Positions 47,263-52,021 of a stretch of 52,021 nucleotides of DNA are shown piece after piece. Position 1 is the stretch's first letter; every line of letters starts with the position of its first letter. The DNA comes from an uncultured delta proteobacterium (GTDB lineage: Bacteria > Desulfobacterota > Desulfomonilia > UBA1062). The notes under the pieces are model-generated. The model had not been told where the DNA came from and did not search any database. It saw nothing but the letters and a program-made list of their open reading frames with translations. A program made the translations under genes and the position numbers. The stretch covers positions 1-52,021 of the forward strand of contig CAWCTR010000006.1 in NCBI GenBank assembly GCA_963798485.1. Direction: 5' to 3'.

Positions 47263-48666
47263 CTAGCCACTGAATACCTCCCCCGTTGCCCTGTGGTCAT
47301 CAAGGGAGATAATGTTGCTGGCTGGTTGGGCCTCCACATGGCTGTCCATCTCTTCAAATATCCTAGTCTTCTGCCTTCGGGTTTCATCGGAAGTATGGGC
47401 ATATCGTGCCGCCATTGATAGAGTCTTTTGTCCTAAAGCCTCAGCAATAAGGTTTATGGGGATTCCTTCATTAGATAGCCAGCTTGCATGTGTATGCCTC
47501 AAGGAATGAAAGACAACCTTATCTCTCCGGTCAGTGTGTCCATTGTTAAGGCCCAAAGCGTCAACGACCCTCGGAAAGAGATTACTGATTTTCCCAATAT
47601 GCTTGGGTTCCCTGGTTCCTGTGGCATCTCGGTGCGCTTCACGGCTTTCAAACACTGGATCTTTAGGGTCACCCGCCTTCTTGCTTGCCAGCATTTCCTT
47701 AAGCCGCCGGGTTGTTATATCTGCATAGCGGCTCACGTTGTTCTTTGGATTTCTGATAAAGATACGGTCATTATCAAGGTCAAGATCACTCTTCATCAGG
47801 GCAAATATTTCGCCGGCCCTCATACCCGTGTATAGACTCAATAGACTTATTTCATAAGTTATCATGCTGTGCTCTTTAAGAGCATTGAGAAGCTTCTCAG
47901 CCTCATCTTTAGAGAGAAACCGCATACGCCTGTTATTAATTATTGGAGGCTTGACCCCCCTGACAGGAGATTCACCAGTAAAGACCTTATGTGCACGGGC
48001 ACTATTGAAGACTTGCCGGACAACATTCAAAGCGTATTGAATTGACCGTGGGGCGGCTGGCTTATGGGCCGGATTGTGCTTGCTGCCCATGGTGCTCTTT
48101 ATTCTCTGCAAGTCTATGATAGATATATCCTTGAAGGTCTTGGAGCCGATTATGGGCCTTATATAACGCTGGTACAGGGCCTTTTCACGCCTGACAGTAA
48201 CCGCACTCCTTCGGTCACGTGCGACCGTTGGGAAATACACTAATTTCCAGAAGTCATCAAAGGTCTGCGATTCAAGAGCTTCCCGCTCCTTGCGCTCATC
48301 CGCTGCCCTTTTCTTCTCATCCGCCGCTTCACGTTGTTCTTTAAGTGTCTTGAATCCCTGACCGGTACTATTATTGACCTTGAGTTCACCAAGCGTTTTT
48401 ATAACCTTGTCTATAGTCCAGCCACCAGACTTCCAGCCGCATGCCTCTTCAATTATACGGCCACCACTTTGATACCGTATTAAATAATATCGGTCATAGT
48501 GCCCCTTGTATTTTCTGGAAGGATGTTCCCGATAGGATATGCCCCTGTACTCAGTTGTGATCCTCTTAGGATTTAAGCGCTTCTGTGGGCGCTCATCTGG
48601 TGTTCCCGATAGCTTCACTAAAACGTTGTCAACATTTTTTCTTTTCTTATTAATTACTTGCGCCAT
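47263..48666 (-). CDS. int: Tyrosine recombinase / site-specific integrase
   Basis: TGMRAGEI, PKN, FHSLRHT, LGQ (variant of LGH) and RYAH motifs; N-terminal arm-binding region; alternative start 48681. Confidence 0.96.
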   Translation of the reverse strand: MAQVINKKRKNVDNVLVKLSGTPDERPQKRLNPKRITTEYRGISYREHPSRKYKGHYDRYYLIRYQSGGRIIEEACGWKSGGWTIDKVIKTLGELKVNNSTGQGFKTLKEQREAADEKKRAADERKEREALESQTFDDFWKLVYFPTVARDRRSAVTVRREKALYQRYIRPIIGSKTFKDISIIDLQRIKSTMGSKHNPAHKPAAPRSIQYALNVVRQVFNSARAHKVFTGESPVRGVKPPIINNRRMRFLSKDEAEKLLNALKEHSMITYEISLLSLYTGMRAGEIFALMKSDLDLDNDRIFIRNPKNNVSRYADITTRRLKEMLASKKAGDPKDPVFESREAHRDATGTREPKHIGKISNLFPRVVDALGLNNGHTDRRDKVVFHSLRHTHASWLSNEGIPINLIAEALGQKTLSMAARYAHTSDETRRQKTRIFEEMDSHVEAQPASNIISLDDHRATGEVFSG

Positions 48667-48680
48667 ATTCACCCCCGTCA

Positions 48681-48702
48681 TTCTATCCCACTTCTATCCC
48701 AC
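48681..48702 (+). repeat. Putative integrase arm-type sites (right)
   Basis: TTCTATCCCAC tandem x2. Confidence 0.65.
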
Positions 48703-48752
48703 CTATTTGATAGGATGTCAAGTAGATTCGATGAGGGTTAATGAACCTTCTC

Positions 48753-48793
48753 TCTTAATCGTTGTCAACATATTTTCTTAATCGTTGTCAACA
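48753..48793 (+). repeat. 18-bp direct repeat TCTTAATCGTTGTCAACA x2
   Basis: Copies at 48753-48770 and 48776-48793; core CGTTGTCAAC also at 48624 and 43451. Confidence 0.75.
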
Positions 48794-48867
48794 CTTATAT
48801 GACCTTGAGGGTGTTCATAAAGCGTGCGCCTTGGAATGCTCAGAAAAGTCGTTTATTGGTATAAAAC

Positions 48868-48916
48868 GGACTGAAAATCCTCGTGTCGGCGGTTCAACTC
48901 CGTCCCTCGGCATCAG
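48868..48916 (+). repeat. att site (tRNA-distal), duplicated 3' part of tRNA-Phe
   Basis: Identical to 42925-42973; lacks the 5' part of the tRNA. Confidence 0.96.
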
Positions 48917-49068
48917 GTTTTAAGCCTTTCGGTAATAATCCTCTAAGATGAACCTTTCTAACGGATATTTTCTTTTTCTTCTTGACAGGCAAGTGCTTCA
49001 GAATATATCTTAATCATAGCTTAGTATTTTTGATTCATTCTTATTACAATATATTTTTATGGGGTTTC

Positions 49069-49755
49069 ATGACTGCGATGGCTACCTCCATTGAAGAACG
49101 CAAGGCCGAGACCCGGGAGATGATCGTACAGGCGGCCAGCAGGGTCTTCTCGGAAAAGGGTTATCATAAGGCCCAGATCGCGGATATCGTCAGGGTTGCC
49201 GGTATATCCACAGGCAGCATATACGCCCATTTCAAGGACAAGCGCGACCTGTTCGAACAAATAATTCGAGAGACCAATGAGGTCCTGAGGGCCAGGCTCA
49301 AGGAACTCAGCCAGACCAAACGGCCCGATGATATCCGTGAACGCGTGCAGCAGTGGATGCCGGCCTATGTCGCCTTCTTCGATTTCGTGGAGGCAAACCC
49401 GGAACAGATCCTCCTCATCGTGAGAGGCGGGTTCGGGGTGGATGAAGAGAATGATATGTTTACCTGGGAGTTATTCAAAGCCTTTGCCTCGGACATAGCC
49501 GAAGACTTCCGCAAGTGGGAGGAGCTGGGTTTCATAAAGGGTGTCAATGCTGCTCTCATGGGACATATCATCATCGGCATGTGTCTCCATGTAGCCATGA
49601 GTTATTTATTGGACAGGCAGTTCACCCGGGAAGAGGCAATTAATCATCTCATAGCACTGACCCACGGCATGGTCTCCATGTATCTGACCGACAAGGGGAG
49701 AACCGAGCTCGGGGACCTGAACGTGCCCAGGCTTCCGGACGATGAGGTATCATAG
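49069..49755 (+). CDS. TetR/AcrR family regulator
   Basis: VFSEKGYHKAQIADIV..AGISTGSIYAHFKDKRDLF; TTGACA at 48982 upstream. Confidence 0.92.
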   Translation: MTAMATSIEERKAETREMIVQAASRVFSEKGYHKAQIADIVRVAGISTGSIYAHFKDKRDLFEQIIRETNEVLRARLKELSQTKRPDDIRERVQQWMPAYVAFFDFVEANPEQILLIVRGGFGVDEENDMFTWELFKAFASDIAEDFRKWEELGFIKGVNAALMGHIIIGMCLHVAMSYLLDRQFTREEAINHLIALTHGMVSMYLTDKGRTELGDLNVPRLPDDEVS

Positions 49756-49857
49756 GCGCAGTAAACGGCGCTTTTTTTGAATAAAGATGTGCGGATTGTC
49801 ATGACAAGGCGTTAGGCCGGCTTGTTGGAGTACATGTTCAGTTGAAAGGAGGGTTCC

Positions 49858-51363
49858 ATGCTGTCCAGTGCAGAAGTATCGGCCCGGCTGTCCTTGTTCC
49901 CCAAGTTCGAGGACATCCATCTGAGCCTGCCCTACGCCCCCAGGATGCCCAGGCACATGGTCAGGCAGACAAGGGAGGTCATCGCCATTGCCCGGAAGTT
50001 CAACCAGGAGGTGGCAAGGCCCATGGCCCTCGAGCTCGACCGGAAGACCCACGAAGACCCGGATTACATGCCATGGGACCTGGTGGAGTTGTGCAACAGG
50101 TGGGGGTTCTACACCATGTGGATACCCAAAATGTTCGGTGGTCAAGGCTACAACATGCCGTCCATGTCCTATTTTGTCGAAGAGGTCGGCTCGGTCTGCC
50201 TCGGCATCGCGAACGTCATCGGCGTGCACTATCTGGGCGTCGCCGGTGTCATGTCCTCTGCCAATGCCCGCCTCACCAAGCGGATCCTGGGCGAGGTGAT
50301 CGAAGGTGAAAAGACCGGCAAACCGTGCCTCATAGCACTGGCCATCACCGAACCCACTGCCGGCACCGACGTGGAGGAGGTGGACCTTGCGGACAAGGGC
50401 AAGATCACATGCCATGCCCAGCGGGTCAAGGGCGGCTACATAGTGAACGGCACCAAGATTTTCATCTCCATGGGGCACGTATCCACCTGGACCGTGCTCT
50501 ATGCATACACCGACCTCAAGAAGCCCTCGGAAACCACCATGGCCTTCATGGTGAAGACCGGCATGAAGGGATTCTCCTTCGGCACCCACGAGAACAAGAT
50601 GGGACAGAGGGCCTGCCCGGCCAGCGTGCTCATCTTCGAGGAGTGCTTCATCCCGGATGATCTCGTGCTCTTCGATAATGAGATGGCAAAACAGGTCACT
50701 AACAAGCCCATGCGGGATATCTCCCAGCACTACATCGACTATGTGGTCTCGGCCACGAGACCGGGCGTATGCGCCTTCGGTGTGGGCGCTGCCCGGGGCG
50801 CATTCGAGGTGGCGCTCAAGTATGCATCCGCCACCGAGGTGGGAGGGAAACTTCTCATCAATAACGAGTGGGTGCAGTGCATGCTCGCCGAGATGTACAA
50901 GAACGTGGCCCTGGGCAGGCTTGCCTATGTGGAGGCCAACTACGCCAACAGCCATCGGGGCATGTACCAGCTCCTGCAGCTCAAGCCCTTCTATTATTAC
51001 TACCTCCTCATGCCCAAGGCCTATTTCGACACCGTCATCGCGCCCGCCATGGAAAAGGACTACTTCAGGAAGTTCATGGGAAAGATCTATTTCGACTGGG
51101 CCAAGCCGGCCGATCAGCGGTGCTGCTCGGGATGGGCATCGCTGGCGAAATTTGCGGGCACGGATATCGGCATAAAGAATTGCCAGATGGCCCTCGAACT
51201 CATGGGCGCCACCGGGCTCAGGCAGGATGCAGGTGCGGAAAAGATCCTGCGAGACGCCAAGCTCCTGCAGATCTACGAGGGCACCAACCAGCTGAACCGG
51301 CTCAATGCCTTCAAGTGCCTCATCGCCCCTGCGGTTCCGCAGGCCAAGGTCTTTGAAGAATAA
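49858..51363 (+). CDS. Acyl-CoA dehydrogenase (long, with inserts)
   Basis: AITEPTAGTD, NGTKIFIS, KMGQRA and LRDAKLLQIYEGTNQ motifs. Confidence 0.93.
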   Translation: MLSSAEVSARLSLFPKFEDIHLSLPYAPRMPRHMVRQTREVIAIARKFNQEVARPMALELDRKTHEDPDYMPWDLVELCNRWGFYTMWIPKMFGGQGYNMPSMSYFVEEVGSVCLGIANVIGVHYLGVAGVMSSANARLTKRILGEVIEGEKTGKPCLIALAITEPTAGTDVEEVDLADKGKITCHAQRVKGGYIVNGTKIFISMGHVSTWTVLYAYTDLKKPSETTMAFMVKTGMKGFSFGTHENKMGQRACPASVLIFEECFIPDDLVLFDNEMAKQVTNKPMRDISQHYIDYVVSATRPGVCAFGVGAARGAFEVALKYASATEVGGKLLINNEWVQCMLAEMYKNVALGRLAYVEANYANSHRGMYQLLQLKPFYYYYLLMPKAYFDTVIAPAMEKDYFRKFMGKIYFDWAKPADQRCCSGWASLAKFAGTDIGIKNCQMALELMGATGLRQDAGAEKILRDAKLLQIYEGTNQLNRLNAFKCLIAPAVPQAKVFEE

Positions 51364-51378
51364 AGAAAGGAGACCCCT

Positions 51379-52021
51379 ATGCTGACCTCACTCAAGCCCG
51401 ATCTATTACCCTTTGAGGAACTCGCCCGGTCCTTTGCCGCCAAAGAGCTCGCCAAGAAAGTGGAGGAACATGACCGTTACCCCTTCGAAGAATTCTATAC
51501 CCGTGTGCTCGACAAGGCATACGAGGTGGGTTTTCTTGGCGTCATACTCCCCGAGAAGCTCGGCGGCATCGGGGGCGGCATCGGCACGCTCTGCGTGATC
51601 CTCAAGAATATCTGCCAGACCGACGCCTCACTGGGAGGCATCATCTTCACCAATGCCCTGGCCCAGGAGATCATGCTCTGTGCCGGGTCCGAGAAGCTCG
51701 CGGGCTCCATCTTCCCCAAGGCATCCTCGGCAGGTGAGTTCCTGGTGGCCTTTCCTGACTTTGTGAACCCGGCCCAGGTGAGCACGCTCCCCAAGGCCGC
51801 AAAGTCGGGTAAGGATTATACCCTCACCGGCACGCTCGAGTTCCTGGTCCTGGGCGGACTTGCCTCCCGGGCCATCATACCGGCGCGTATCCATGCGGGC
51901 TCTGCCTACTCCCTGTTCCTCGTGGACCTGGCCGACAAGGGCATCGTCAAGAGCGACCCCATCTTCAGCCTGGGGCTGCACGCCTGCCCCGGCGTGGACA
52001 TATCCCTGAAAGGGGTGAAGG
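51379..52021 (+). CDS. Acyl-CoA dehydrogenase-like protein, truncated by the window end
   Basis: AAGGAG RBS; MLTSLKPD...ARSFAAKEL...GFLGVILPEKLGG...DAS...LGL; open to the end of the window. Confidence 0.85.
   Translation, partial: MLTSLKPDLLPFEELARSFAAKELAKKVEEHDRYPFEEFYTRVLDKAYEVGFLGVILPEKLGGIGGGIGTLCVILKNICQTDASLGGIIFTNALAQEIMLCAGSEKLAGSIFPKASSAGEFLVAFPDFVNPAQVSTLPKAAKSGKDYTLTGTLEFLVLGGLASRAIIPARIHAGSAYSLFLVDLADKGIVKSDPIFSLGLHACPGVDISLKGVK

Larger units (their letters stand above)
42925..48916. mobile_element. ~6 kb tRNA-Phe-integrated element (satellite/IME-like)
   Basis: Identical 49-bp direct repeats at both ends, tyrosine integrase, excisionase-like gene, all genes on one strand, visibly more AT-rich than the flanks. 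Confidence 0.93.

Noticed and set aside
48753-48793. Mini-CRISPR array
   Set aside because: Only two 18-bp repeats with a 5-bp gap and no cas genes; no CRISPR array seen anywhere in the window.
48868-48916. Second tRNA-Phe gene
   Set aside because: Only the 3' part from the anticodon stem is present; it is the att duplication.
42925-48916. Complete prophage or ICE
   Set aside because: Too small, with no recognisable capsid, tail, large terminase, lysis or conjugation genes.
884-50955. Long antisense ORFs (e.g. 884-1993, 2023-2766, 35309-36217, 49750-50955)
   Set aside because: They lie opposite well-supported genes and lack motifs; expected shadows of GC-rich codon usage.

Overview
52 kb of chromosome from a GC-moderate anaerobic bacterium, probably Deltaproteobacteria/Desulfobacterota-like (inferred from gene content). 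Left to right: (1) a structured non-coding segment at 1-227. (2) A minus-strand acyl-CoA catabolic operon: Cys-less thiolase-fold protein, DUF35 OB-fold, enoyl-CoA hydratase, acyl-CoA dehydrogenase, CoA ligase, short Old Yellow Enzyme, a ferredoxin missed by the ORF track, amidohydrolase. Two divergent MerR-TetR fusion regulators follow. (3) RNase P RNA, a hypothetical gene, folD, a B12 radical SAM, an ABC substrate-binding protein and an ADP-ribosylglycohydrolase. (4) A ~9.3 kb ArsR-led arsenic/metal/thiol-redox cluster (acr3, thioredoxin-fold proteins, CcdA, FmdE, TauE, CDF, ArsP-type permease) containing an uncalled glutaredoxin-like gene with two in-frame UGA codons, each followed by a SECIS-like hairpin. 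(5) EmrAB-type pump, histidine kinase, class I adenylate cyclase, lgt, the carD-yacL-ispD-ispF-cysS-uvrB block, a Kdo-kinase-like gene and plsC. (6) A ~6 kb element integrated in tRNA-Phe with a 49-bp att duplication. It carries a tyrosine integrase, an excisionase-like gene, a minimal HUH Rep-like gene next to hairpins, two XRE regulators and possible small-terminase-like genes, but no recognisable primase, capsid or conjugation genes, so it is a candidate new satellite type. (7) A TetR regulator and two acyl-CoA dehydrogenases. Three +1 frameshifts (ECH, cysS, one element gene) look like assembly errors. All family calls come from motif recognition by eye; no searches were run.
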